Assembly: GCA_043228905.1 (NCBI GenBank)
Contig: JBHGNT010000013.1
Location: forward strand, 20,894,001 to 20,958,000
DNA length: 64,000 bases
Source: Azolla caroliniana
Taxonomy: Eukaryota; Plantae; Polypodiophyta
Direction of reading: 5' to 3'
The translations under genes and the position numbers were made by a program. Below, piece after piece: positions 1 to 11,289 of this stretch (the first letter of the stretch is position 1; each line of letters begins with the position of its first letter). Below the pieces are notes generated by a model. It was not told where the DNA came from, did not search any database, and saw nothing but the letters and a program-made list of their open reading frames with translations.

Positions 1-449
1 GTTGTGGCTCCTTGGTAATTCAAGCCGATTTCAACAACACCCGATGCACCTACCGGGTACACACTACCGCCACGCAACTCAAGTACCTCGAGCCTGATGT
101 TTTTGACACCCTTTCTCGGCTAGGCCTCAAGTTCTTCCTTGAGATTGGCCCTTGGGGTGTACTCCCCGAGCTGGCCAACTGGTTCCTCGTAGGATACAAC
201 CCTGATCCTGGCCATGTTCGCATGCACGCCTTCGCGGATGCTACCCCTATTGAGTTCCAGTTCAACGTCGCCGATGTTTGCACTACACTCCACTTGCCAG
301 TGGATGGCAGTCCCTTCCGCACCACAAAGTCCCCTGACGTCGTCCCCAACATCATCCCCGTCGTCCACACCGAGTATTCCGGACACGAAGGTTGGCGTTT
401 CACCGAAATTCCTCCTCACCTCCACGATCGTTGTAACGCCATCTCTTAG
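1..449 (+). CDS. 5'-incomplete duplicate of the PMD-like accessory ORF
   Basis: Translation identical to the corresponding part of 51736-52236. Confidence 0.45.
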   Translation, partial: CGSLVIQADFNNTRCTYRVHTTATQLKYLEPDVFDTLSRLGLKFFLEIGPWGVLPELANWFLVGYNPDPGHVRMHAFADATPIEFQFNVADVCTTLHLPVDGSPFRTTKSPDVVPNIIPVVHTEYSGHEGWRFTEIPPHLHDRCNAIS

Positions 450-629
450 ATCGGTGACACTGCCTCCACTGACGCCATCGCCTGCCTCACCGGTGAGTTC
501 CTCAAGTGGGCACACGATCCTCAACCGGTTCAGTGGGCAGTGGGCCCATGAACTCGTTCGACGGGACAAGGAATGACAAACATGACCCACAATGCACCCA
601 GGGGTGTGCACTCATTAGGTTGGGGGGGA

Positions 630-1178
630 TGTTAAGCGCTTGGATTGCACCGCCACCAGTCATGAAGAAGAGCGCATCAACAAGGACGTAGTATGGCTAA
701 AGGACCTATGAAGGGAAAATGGCAAGAGAAAAAGGTGCTAAGGAACATCCAAGTGTGAAAGGTTCATACCCTAAATGTAAATGCTATATAAACCACATGG
801 TGGTGGCTTTGTAAGGGTTCTTCCATTTGTAAAGATCTCCCTATTGATTAAGAGCTAGAGCTTCCTCTCCTCCTTCTTGTAACCTTTAAGCTTAAGAGGG
901 ATTAGTGAGGTGTTTAGTTAGAAAACACTAATCTCTTTTCCTTGTTGGTGCTAGACCTCTTAGCAAAGAGGGTTAATAAACATATTCATTACTTTTATTG
1001 TCTATGAGAGCGAGCTTGAGAGAGTGAGAGAGATATCGTGTTTAATCATCTATTAATCGTGGCTCGGAGGTGTCTGACAACCATCTTCGCCTGATTCGCC
1101 ATCAAATGGGTATACACTAGTCTGAGCCCCGCAAACGACATCGAGGAGTTAACTCCGTCGATACATAAATCCTACACA
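630..1178 (+). mobile_element. LTR of an Athila/OTA-like gypsy element, with PPT upstream and tRNA-Asp-type PBS downstream
   Basis: PPT GGGGGGGA (622-629), then TGTTAAG; TATATAAA near 785; ends CCTACACA (1178). TGGCACCACTGCCGGGGA at 1185-1202 is a 15/18 match to the Athila-type PBS TGGCGCCGTTGCCGGGGA. Confidence 0.75.
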
Positions 1179-4171
1179 TTTATTTGGCACCACTGCCGGG
1201 GATACGACCAATGCTTGAAGCCGACTTTGAGTGGTCAAACACTCGTAGGCAACCCACTTAACGAGGGAAGAAATCAAAAGTAAAACCACCATTTGTGTTA
1301 ATTAAAATTCTCACTATTTCACATTTTCATTACGTTAATTTTCTATTTTTTTTAAGTTTTAATTTTCCCCTCCTTAATCGCCCAGACATTAGCAAGTTAT
1401 TCGTTCAGTTAACGTTAAGCATTGTTGAGATTTAGCCGTTGTAGGGCAAGAATAATCACCGCAATTCTCGCTGATTACGATCATCCTACGGGACACGAAA
1501 CGGTTGTTGTTGCCAAAGAAAGTAATTCCCTCCTTCGTTTACAACCGTGTGCAATGTGTCGACAGCTGCCGTGAAGTACTCCTGAGTCTTGAGTGCAATT
1601 TTGACTAAAGCAGCTCGGAGAAAATCGTTTGCAAACAATTCAGCCAACAACGCCTACGTAGTACAAGGTTTGACCGACCGATCGAACAACCATTGAAGAG
1701 GTTCTTCCCGACAACCGAACAATCAGCGAAGTCGAAGCAAGTCCTAGGATAATTGAGTTTGCAACTACTGCAAGAAACCCAGACACATCAAAGCCGATTG
1801 CCGTGCACTCGAGGCCAAAAACGATAAGGCTCAACGAGCCGATCAAATGAGTGGTCGACAAGAGGAGATCAACTACATCGGCTCTACACCCGCAATATTA
1901 TCAAATGACCCGAACATACTATCAATTGAGAACCCAGTCGACTCAGAAGTTTTGCTTACGATTGAAGAATCGAGCACATGGCTCTTAGATTCGGGTGCGT
2001 CCTTTCATGTGACTCCTCATCGATCCCAATTCCGGCAATACACGGCCTGACATTCCGACTTAGTTTGAGTAGGAAATTCACAACAATGCGACATAATCGG
2101 AATCAACACGGTAGAGCTCAACCTTGTGGGTGGCTCTACATTAATACTACGCAATGTTCGACATGTACCTGAGCTCTCAAGTCCACTGATCTCAGTCGGA
2201 CAATTGGATGAAGACGGCATTCGTGTTGGCTTCTCATCAGGAGGGTGGACGCTCCACAGGGGCAACCTCCTTCTTGCTCAAGGACCAAAGATACACTCAT
2301 TGTATCCTTTCCACGTCACACTCCGAGAGGGTGACCTATTTCTGGTTGACATCCCCGTGTCATCACTATGGCATGGGCGACTCAAACACCTCAGCAAGGC
2401 CGGCATCACCCACTTATCGAGAGCTGGATCCATCCCCAAACTCTCCTTCTCGGCTCATCAGTTCTGCGAGCATTGCCAACAGACAGTCGCAACACACATG
2501 TCATCCGCCCCGACAGAATCGAGTCCGCTCGATTTGGTCCACTCGGAGGTCTATGGTCCTATGCCACATCAGTCTCTTGGCGGTGCTTCATACTTCGTCA
2601 GCTTCATTGATGACTCAACTTGGAAGGTGTGGGCTTATCCGATCAAAACCAGTCAAAAACTGAAATGCTTTCGAACCGATAACGGGGGAGAGTTCAAATC
2701 AAAGGAATTCGTCAAATTTTGCCGACAACGCGGCATAAGACGTGAATTTACGGCACCCCATAGTCTGGAGCAGAATTGGAATTGCCGAGCAAATGAATCA
2801 GGCAATTCAAGAAAGGATAGTTTCCATGCTCCAACACTCCGGACTGTCAGATGGCTTCTGGGTAGAGGCCCTACTTATGGCAGTACACATAATCAATATG
2901 TCGCCGAGAAGGCCTCTAGGACTTTGGATCCCTCAGGAATTATGGACCGGTAGTAAGCCGAATTACGACAAGCTGAGGATTTTCGGATATGAGGCGTACA
3001 CCCTCATCCCGAAAGATGATCGTCGCAAACTTGCACCAAGGTCCAAGAAATGTGTTTTCCTCAGTTATGGACTAGATGGCGAAATAGGATACCGACTCTG
3101 GGACCCCCAACACAGACAGATTGTCCGCAGTTCGGACGTCGTGTTCAACGAGTTGGCCATGCATCAATCAGTCTAAAAACCAGTCGAAGCCCGAAGGGTA
3201 ATTTTCTCTTATGTGCCAACCCTTCACGAAGGCCTAGCTCACAACACGCGGTCAACTTCACGGGTAGCTGAACCCTCTAACACCGACTCGGCACTGTCAA
3301 ACACGACACAACCAAATGACTCAGCTTTGGACCATCCGACCATGACACCCGATGCGACCAGTCAAAGTCATACCTCGACGATCCGAGAGACTGTCCCAAC
3401 CCTCGGAGAGATACTCTCATGGTATCTTCTTTACAGACGGCGGAGAACCGATGTCATACGATGAAGCATCGACATCAGCCGACTTGGCCACCTGGCTTGC
3501 ACGTTTCGACAAGCCGAAATCGTCTCGGTTCCAATTGGTTACAACGACAATCAGGGTGTTGTTGCTCTGTCGAAAAATCCGGTTCATCACAATGCCTCCA
3601 AGCATATTGATGTTCGATATCATTTCATTCGAGATTATGTCATTTTAGGGAAAATCGGCCTTGAGAAGGTACCTACAACCAATAACGTTGCGGATGCAAT
3701 GACCAAGTGTCTCTCGGCGGATTCATCTCGATCCCTTTGGCATTGAATGAGCGTAATGAAGAGTTAGTCCGATTAAATCAGACACCCAGGATGTTTCTCG
3801 GACAATAGACCTGGATAGTTTGAACTTCAGCTTCAGTCTTTCTGAACTCATCCAATCCAACCTTCTTCTCTTTGGAGTTCACCGACTTGAACGAATTCTC
3901 GATTGTTCGAAAACCTTGTATCAATCTATATTGTACATTCATTTTGGTTTACAGATTTCAGATGTATACGCCCACTACAGGGGAGTGTTGAATACGGGCT
4001 TTTAATGGACGCATTCACACTGTCTTCTTTGTACACACTAGGGTTAGGCTACTTATGTAAATAGTGAGAAGGGCACTTGCCCGAAGTCAATCAGTATATA
4101 AACAGATTTTGTAACCTAGTTGTGTGGTTGTTCTTCGTGGCTATTGCAAGATATTCTGAGTTGTGCCTAAC

Positions 4172-6466
4172 TGTTGGGAGACAGGTCCCTCCGGATGGGA
4201 AGAGAGAAGAACAGTGCCGATGAACAAACTCGGCCGAGGCCGGAACCGGATGAGGAGTACCCGGCTACGGAGAGCCGGATGACGCAGACCCGGTGAGAAT
4301 CGGATGAGGAGTACCCGGCTACGGAGAGCCGGATGACGCAGACCAGGTGAGAACCGGAGGAGGAGTACCCGGCTACGGAGAGCCGGATGATGCAAACCCG
4401 GTGAGATCCGGATGAGGAGTACCCGGCTACGGAGAGCCGGATGGTGCAGACCTAGTGAGATCCGGATGAGGAGTACCTGGCTACGGAGAGCCGGATGGTG
4501 CAGACCCGGTGAGAATCGGATGAGAAGTACCCGACTACGGAGAGCCGGATGGTGCTGACCCTTTGAGGAATGTGACGAGAACTCAACGCTCTTTATACGC
4601 ACCGCTCGGCCACAACCGAGCTTAGAATGATACACAGAAAACGGGAAATGAAAGCACGCCACAAAGAGGAGAAGAGTACACAGGATGTTTACATGGAAAA
4701 CCCCAAACTAGGGAGAAAAACCACGGCAGCCCATAGGCTGCAAACTATCACTATGTTGGAATGTACAAACAGTGAGTTCATGGAGGCAACGACCTCGTGC
4801 TCACGATCTTCGCCACAGGCGGCGGTTACAACAGAGGTACTCGACCTCTTTCTCTCTCTCTCTCTCTCTGTACACTGTTGCGCGCACTGATCTCACGCAA
4901 ACAGAAATGACAACAACCATAACTAAAAGTTTGCCCTAAGTCATATTTATACTGATATGACTTTTCGGCTATTTACAAATATAGCCTCAATGGACTCTCA
5001 GAAACATATTTACGAAGTCGGAGTGGTGAGCCGGACATTGGATACGCAGTCGGAGTGGTGAGCCGGTTTATGAGCAATCCTGACAAGGAGCACTGGAACG
5101 CGGTCAAATGGATACTCTGGTATTTGAAGGACACTTCAAATATGTGTCTCCGATTCGGCTCCGGAAAACCTCAACTTAACGATTTCACCGATTCGGACAT
5201 GTCGGCTGATGTGGATACCAGCCGGTCTACATCCGGGTATGTAATGACATATGCAGGGGGAGCTGTTTCGTGGCAGTCGAGGCTGTAGAAGACGGTTGCA
5301 TTGTCAACCACGGAGGCGGAGTACATGGCTGTTGTGGAAGCCGACAAGGAAATATTATGGATGAAGGACTTCATCGGAGAGCTCGGTATCCGTCAAGATG
5401 AATACCGACTCTATTGTGACAGTCAAAGTGCCATCCATCTTGCTAAGAATGCGGCCTACCATTCCCGGACGAAGCATATCCAGCGAAGATATCACTGGAT
5501 CCGGGAAAGAGTAGATGACCAGGAGTTCGTACTGACGAAGATCCACACGGCGAGAACGGGTTAGATATGCTGACCAAAGTGTTGATACCCGACAAGCTGG
5601 ATGCATGCCGGAAGAGGATCGGACTAGTAAGACACCCCATGCCGGAGTGAAGGGGGAGTTTGTTAGGAGACAGGTCCCTCCGGAGGGGAAGGGAAAAGAA
5701 CAGTGCTGATGAACAAACTCTGCCGAGGCCGAAACCGTATGAGGAGTACCCGGTTACGGAGAGCCGGATGATGCAGGTCTGGTGAGGACCGGATGAGGAG
5801 TACCCGGCTACGGAGAGCCGGGTGATGCAGACCCGGTGAAGACCGGATGAGGAGTACCCGGCTACGGAGAGCCTGATGGTGCAAACCCGGTGAGAACCAG
5901 ATAAGGAGTACCCGGCTACGGAGAGCCGGATGACGCAGACCGGTGAGAACCGGATGAGGAGTACTTGGCTATGGAGAGTTGGATGGTGCAGACCTGGTAT
6001 GAACCGGATGAAGAGACATATTCGTAAATATGTTTCTGAGAGTCCATCGAGGCTATATTTGTAAATAGCTGAAAAGTCATATCAGTATAAATATGACTTA
6101 GGGCAAACTTTTAGTTATGGTTGTTGTCATTTCTGTTTGCGTGAGATCAGTGCGCGCAACAGTGTACAGAGAGAGAGAGAGAGAGAGAAAGAGGTCGAGT
6201 GCCTCTGTTGTAACCGCCGCCTGTGGCGAAGATCGTGAGCACGAGGTCGTTGCCTCCATGAACTCACTGTTTGTACATTCCAACATAGTGATAGTTTGCA
6301 GCCTGTGGGTTGCCGTGGTTTTTCCCTTAGTTTGGGTTTTCCACGTAAACATCCTGTGTACCTTTTCTCTCCTTTGTGTCGTGTTTTCCGTTTCCTGTTT
6401 TCTGTGTATGATTCTAAGCTCGGTTGTGGCCGAGCGTTGTGCATAAGGAGCGTTGAGTTCCAGTCA
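4172..6466 (+). mobile_element. Ty1/copia element B, rearranged (partly inverted 5' LTR, only RT-end/RNase H left); 3' LTR 5661-6466
   Basis: TSD CTAAC at 4167-4171 and 6467-6471. Both LTRs start TGTT(G/A)GGAGACAGGTCCCTCCGG. ORFs 5055-5564 give HWNAVKWIL, FTDSD, STTEAEYMA, CDSQSAIHLAKN, HSRTKHI. PPT GAAGGGGGAG at 5649-5658. Confidence 0.9.
4242..4560 (+). repeat. 54-bp tandem repeat (~6 copies) in LTR U3 of element B
   Basis: GGATGAGGAGTACCCGGCTACGGAGAGCCGGATG recurs at 4248, 4302, 4356, 4410, 4464, 4518. About 5.5 copies also occur at 5730-6012. Confidence 0.95.
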
Positions 6467-6596
6467 CTAACTGTTTCTCTCTCTCTAACGCACTAGTTGC
6501 ATTCCCTTTTTTCTGTCTATGCTGCCATCAATCCACTGTTATCTTTTATCTACTTACGATCTGCCAAGAGAGGAGTGTTCATCTCGTTCCGCATCA

Positions 6597-7153
6597 GATG
6601 AAGACGCTTGCAACAGACACTCAACAACAAATAGATGCACATGAATCTGAGTCGGAAGATGGGTTGGTAGAAGAAACGGATTCTGAATCTGTTGTTGAAG
6701 AAAGAAGATATCCACGAAGAAAAAGGAAGACCTCCTCTTGGTATCCAGGCAGTCAATATATTCTCTTGACTTATGAAGGGGAACCAAAATGCTATGAAGA
6801 GGTCATGACTGATATACATAAGGAGAAATGGTATAATGCCATGCAAGAGGAAATGTATTCCTTGCACGAGAACCACACATATGAGCTTATGCAGCAACCT
6901 GGAGGTAAGAAGGCACTTAGAAATAAATGGGTCTACAAATTAAAGACTGGAGAAGACGGAAGTACACCCAAGTATAAGGCCCGCATTGTCGTGAAGGTTT
7001 CCAACAAAAAAAGGGTGTTGATTTTGATGAGATTTTTGCTCCATTTGTCAAGATGACTTCCATCCGAACTGTTTTGAGTATGGCGGCTAGTATAAATTTG
7101 GAACTTGAACAGTTGGATGTTAAAACAACATTCTTGCACGGTGAGTTGGAAAA
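6597..7153 (+). pseudogene. Ty1/copia element C fragment (INT-RT linker and RT N-terminus)
   Basis: EPKCYEEVM, WYNAMQEEM, NKWVYKLK, KYKARIVVK, then a frameshift to EQLDVKTTFLHGELE. Confidence 0.9.
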
Positions 7154-7727
7154 TGAATGCGATACATTGTATTGAATTGTGGTGAAAAATCTGGTTTTTT
7201 TATCAACTCAAGCTCGTTTTTTTTATTTTTATTTATTTTTAAATCCGAGAAAAAAAACTTTGAACATGAATTTGATACATTGTATGGATTTCTGATGAAA
7301 ACCCTGTTTTTCACATCAACTTGATACAATGTATGGAGTTCATGTTTAGAAATCTTCTTCTTTTTCAAATTAAAGAGGTTTAAGGTTTACATGAACTCGA
7401 ATTGTACTAAAATCTCTGTTTTTACAAGAGAAAAAGATGCATATCGATACTGCAAAGAAGTATGTTCACAACAAGACACGTTACAATGAACACGTGCTTC
7501 ATTGATTTAACAAAAAACTATTAATAATTGTGTTGATGGTAATTGAACCTTGGAAATGGCATTTACGTGGTTTATAAAATATTTTGGTGGTTCTTAATCA
7601 CCACTTAAGCACTTAATGTTGATCTTCATAGTTTGGTTCATCTACAACAAAGAAACATTTATGTGGAACTAAGGATGACAACACGAGCATAACTTAGGTG
7701 ACAAGGAAACTTGCAAGAACTCAACGT

Positions 7728-10700
7728 TGTCATGCCTTTCGGCTCCGGATCGTTGCGTGAGTCGGGTGGGAACCGCTGGGGTTTTGGACTAGGAAGAGGA
7801 AGAATTTGAGACGATTCTAATTATGAATAGGTTATTAGAAACTTGTGAATCCCACAAGTATAATGTATTTTATTGATTAATATTTAAGTAAGAATAAGTA
7901 TTTAGATTGATAGAGAAAGATATAGAAATCTCGTGAATCCCACAAGTATAGTTTATTAATTGGTGTTTTAGGAAATATATCCAATTTCCCAATATATTTC
8001 ACACTTATTACATTGTGCACCCCATCCTTATATGGCGATGAGAGAGTCTTCACAATCCATGCTTTTTTTTCTAACTATAGACTCCCCATGCTTTTCCTAT
8101 AGATAGACTATATGCTTTATCTAAAGTGATCATGCTTTTTCTATTTTGTGCGTTTTTTATCGACTATAGCATTCATGCATGCTAGATGTGCATGCGTAGC
8201 TTTTTCTTTTAGCATGCATTTTTCTTTTAACTAAATTTTATCCTACATGAACTTACCTTTCTATGTGGGACATTTACTTTTTAATAGTAATGAAATGTAA
8301 GTGTAATGGTAGGGTTTCACATTATTAACATGGAGCTGCAAGGTTCGAATCTTGCCCTATGCACGTATTATTTATTTTGACATTTTCTTTCATATTTACT
8401 AAAACGTTACTTTATAAGTTTTTCATGTAGTGTACGAAATACACTACGACACTCGCCCCCTCCGAACCCGCACATCCTCCGGTATGTGCCGAAGTTGTCG
8501 GTGATTGTTAGTCTCGTCCGTGCATTCTCTACCCGGTTTGTTTCGTCGCCGGTCGTGTTTGGTTGCCGGCCCTGTTTGGTCGCCGGTTTTTGGTTGCCGG
8601 ATCCGCCCGGTTTTCGGTTCTGTTCAGTTGCTAGCTCTGTCCGGTCTCCGGTTACCGACCCTCGTAATTCTTCGTTACTTGTTGTACCCTCCGTTTCTCT
8701 CGCTATGTCAGCTTTGTCTCTCCATTTTGAGCATATCCATTCTTTCCACCCGAACCATTGTCGCCATCAGATCCACCATAGTCTTCGTTCACTGTTTGCA
8801 TGGCCATGGTCGTTTGTCGCAGCTCCTCGTGCTCCTCTTGAGCATAACCTTTCATGTCTTGTGCATTTTCCATGCTTCCCACTTTGTTCACTTTTATCGT
8901 GTAATCTTGCGTTAGAGTTGACAATCTTCATGTTAGAACCCTCCTCATTTGTTGAGATCTCATCCTTGGTAACACCCTTTAAATCCGCTTGGCTCGCTTG
9001 GCCCTCAACATCCGTGGTAGTGTCTTTTCTTGGCCTCTTTGTTGTAATCGTCGACCTCAATCTTTTTGACCCCTGGTTTAGTTGGATTAGCTTCTTTCTG
9101 ATTCGGTCTCGTCCGATCCGCTTTTAGTTGGATCGTATTAGCTTCTTTCCGATTCGGTCTCGTCTGATCGGCATTTGGATAGATTGGCTTTTGATCGGAT
9201 TTGTATTCGGCCGAATCGGACTCGGTTGATCGGTTTGGACCGAGTCGGCCCCCTTCCGGGTCGGTTTCGATCTATCGGTTTCGGTTTTGGTTGGCTTTCT
9301 TTTCCTCGTTTTCATCGGGCTCGACCGGTTCATCATCCGATTAAGTCAGATTAGCTTCTTTCCGAATCGGTATTGTCCGATCGTCTTTCGGCTAGGTCAG
9401 CTTCCATCCATATTCGCATTCGGCTGAATCGGACTCGGTCGATCGGTTTTGACCGAGTCGGCTCCCTTCCGGGTCGGTTTTTGTTTAGATCGGAATTTCA
9501 TCCGGATCATCTTCCATCCGAACCGGCTTTCGACTTTACCTTTCTTGCCGCCATCTCCGGTCTCTCCGGTCTCACGTTGGTTCTCGGACGCAACCGCTGA
9601 AATCTCTAGGATTAGTGCACATGAACCCTCGGTATTATCATCCTTTGTCATTTCAACCATAGCCACCTTCTCAGCTATCTCTCCGTCGTATGAATCGGCT
9701 TTGACCTTTGTTCTCTCTCCACCACCTTCCGTCTCTTCGGTCTCACGTTGCCTTTTGAACGCAACCGCTGGAGTCTCTGGAATCAGTGGTGGGGAAGTTT
9801 CGATATGGCCATCTGCCATTGATTCGTCCATGAAGACATGGTCGTTTGTCTGCAGACTACCATCCTTCATCGACCATGTCTTTGACAAGATTCTCATTTT
9901 CCTCTCATCATGTCTTCGACATACCCTTTGGACTTCGGCCCAATCTTCGGTAAGACCATTCGCACCGTCATCGTCTTCGAGCTAGATCCCGATGTCCATC
10001 CTTTCTTTTCAATCGATTGATTTTACAAACATTAGGACTTTATCCTCTCCCACCAATCTTTGTTCCCGCTTCGAGAGTCGAGCAAAACGATGCTCGAACT
10101 CTAGGAATACTTGTGTTGCACTCCGGTAGGTCTTCTCCGATGCCACCCATTCGTCGAATTCTCGATGATCTTGTCCCTTTGATCTCTTGAAATCATATGC
10201 CTCTTGTAAAGCTTCTTCAAAGGACTCCCATGTTGGGTTTTGTTGCGGCCCTATTTTGTGGATTCTCTCTTGTAACTCATCTGTGACTACTCGATTGAAG
10301 GATGTCACTTGCAATCCTTCTGGTATCCCACATTGCATCATCTCGGCCTTGTATTCGCATAGATAGCGTGACACATCCTTTCCATCGAATTCCCCGTTTC
10401 TTTGCACAAGCCGCGCTACTACCGATTTCATCTCCGACATTGTGCGTTGCTCTTCTTGCATCCGCTTAATCATCATCATCATCATCATATTCATCGCTTC
10501 TTGTTGATTCTCCATCTCCTTACCACCCCTCTTCACGTCGGGTTCACCACTTGCGTCGTGCCTTTTGGCTCCGGATCGTTGCGTGAGTCGGGTGGGAACC
10601 GTTGAGGTTTTGGACTAGGAAGAGGAAGAATTTGAGACGATTCTAATTATGAATAGATTATTAGAAATTTGTGAATCCCACAAGTATAATGTATTTTATT

Positions 10701-11285
10701 GATTAATATTTATGTAAGAATATATATTTAGATTGATAGAGAAAGATATAGAAATCTCGTGAATCCCACGAGTATAGTTTATTAATTGGTGTTTTAGGAA
10801 ATATATCCAATTTCCCAAATATTTCATACACTTATTACATTGTGCTCCCCATCCTTATATGGTGATGAGAGAGTCTTCACAATCCATGCTTTTTTTTTCT
10901 AACTATAGACTCCATGCTTTTCCTATAGATAGACTATATGCTTTATCTAAAGTGATCATGATTTTTCTATCTTGTGCATTTTCTATCGACTATAGCGTTC
11001 ATGCACGCTAGATGTACATGTGTAGCTTTTTCTTTTAGCATGCGTTTTTCTTTTAACTAAAGTTTATCCTACATGAACTTAGGTTTCTATGTGGGACATC
11101 TATTTTTTAATAATAATGAAATGCTAGTGTAATGGTAGGGTTTCACATTATTAACATGGAGGTGTAAGGTTCGAATCTTGCCCTATGCATTTATTATTTA
11201 TTTTGACATTTTCTTCTATTTCTTCATATTTACTAAAAAGTTACTTTATAAGTTTTTCATGTAGTGTACAAAATACACTACGACA
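7728..11285 (-). mobile_element. Non-autonomous LTR retrotransposon (3.56 kb) with gag-like ORF, tRNA-Trp PBS and 4-bp TSD
   Basis: Direct LTRs 7728-8451 and 10554-11285 (TGTC...GACA). TSD ACGT at 7724-7727 and 11286-11289. PBS complement TTCACGTCGGGTTCACCA at 10532-10549. PPT complement CTCGCCCCCTCC at 8452-8463. No RT or integrase motif. Confidence 0.9.
10009..10536 (-). CDS. Retrotransposon Gag-like N-terminal ORF (175 aa)
   Basis: Starts at the PBS. Short coiled coil, then FDGKDVSRYLCEY...PTWESFEEALQEAY, a gypsy capsid-like pattern. Confidence 0.7.
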   Translation of the reverse strand: MKRGGKEMENQQEAMNMMMMMMIKRMQEEQRTMSEMKSVVARLVQRNGEFDGKDVSRYLCEYKAEMMQCGIPEGLQVTSFNRVVTDELQERIHKIGPQQNPTWESFEEALQEAYDFKRSKGQDHREFDEWVASEKTYRSATQVFLEFEHRFARLSKREQRLVGEDKVLMFVKSID

Positions 11286-11289
11286 ACGT

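Larger units (their letters stand above)
1530..6596 (+). mobile_element. Ty1/copia element A: 5'-truncated, RT largely deleted, 3' LTR (3986-4171 + 6472-6596) split by element B
   Basis: Zinc knuckle CNYCKKPRHIKADC (~1760-1801), protease WLLDSGASFHVT, GAG-pre-integrase LWHGRL, integrase RTDNGGEF and SKKCVFL. Jumps near 3490 to the RNase H end (KHIDVRYHFIRD). PPT AGGGGAG at 3979-3985, then TGTTG; LTR ends GCATCA at 6596. Confidence 0.9.

Noticed and set aside
4242-4560. CRISPR-like regular repeat array
   Set aside because: Units are contiguous 54-bp tandem copies with no unique spacers, lie inside an LTR, and no cas genes are present.
4141-4662. 173-aa repeat protein (HHPALRSRVLLIR...) on the minus strand
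   Set aside because: Translation artefact of the 54-bp LTR minisatellite.
8296-8365. Functional tRNA gene
   Set aside because: A and B boxes are present but I could not form convincing acceptor and anticodon stems. Reported as a tRNA-like cassette instead; the same applies to 36566-36619 and 40932-40985.
8486-9127. 213-aa hydrophobic ORF as an env-like gene
   Set aside because: Antisense to the element, non-ATG start, T-rich compositional artefact with no motif support.
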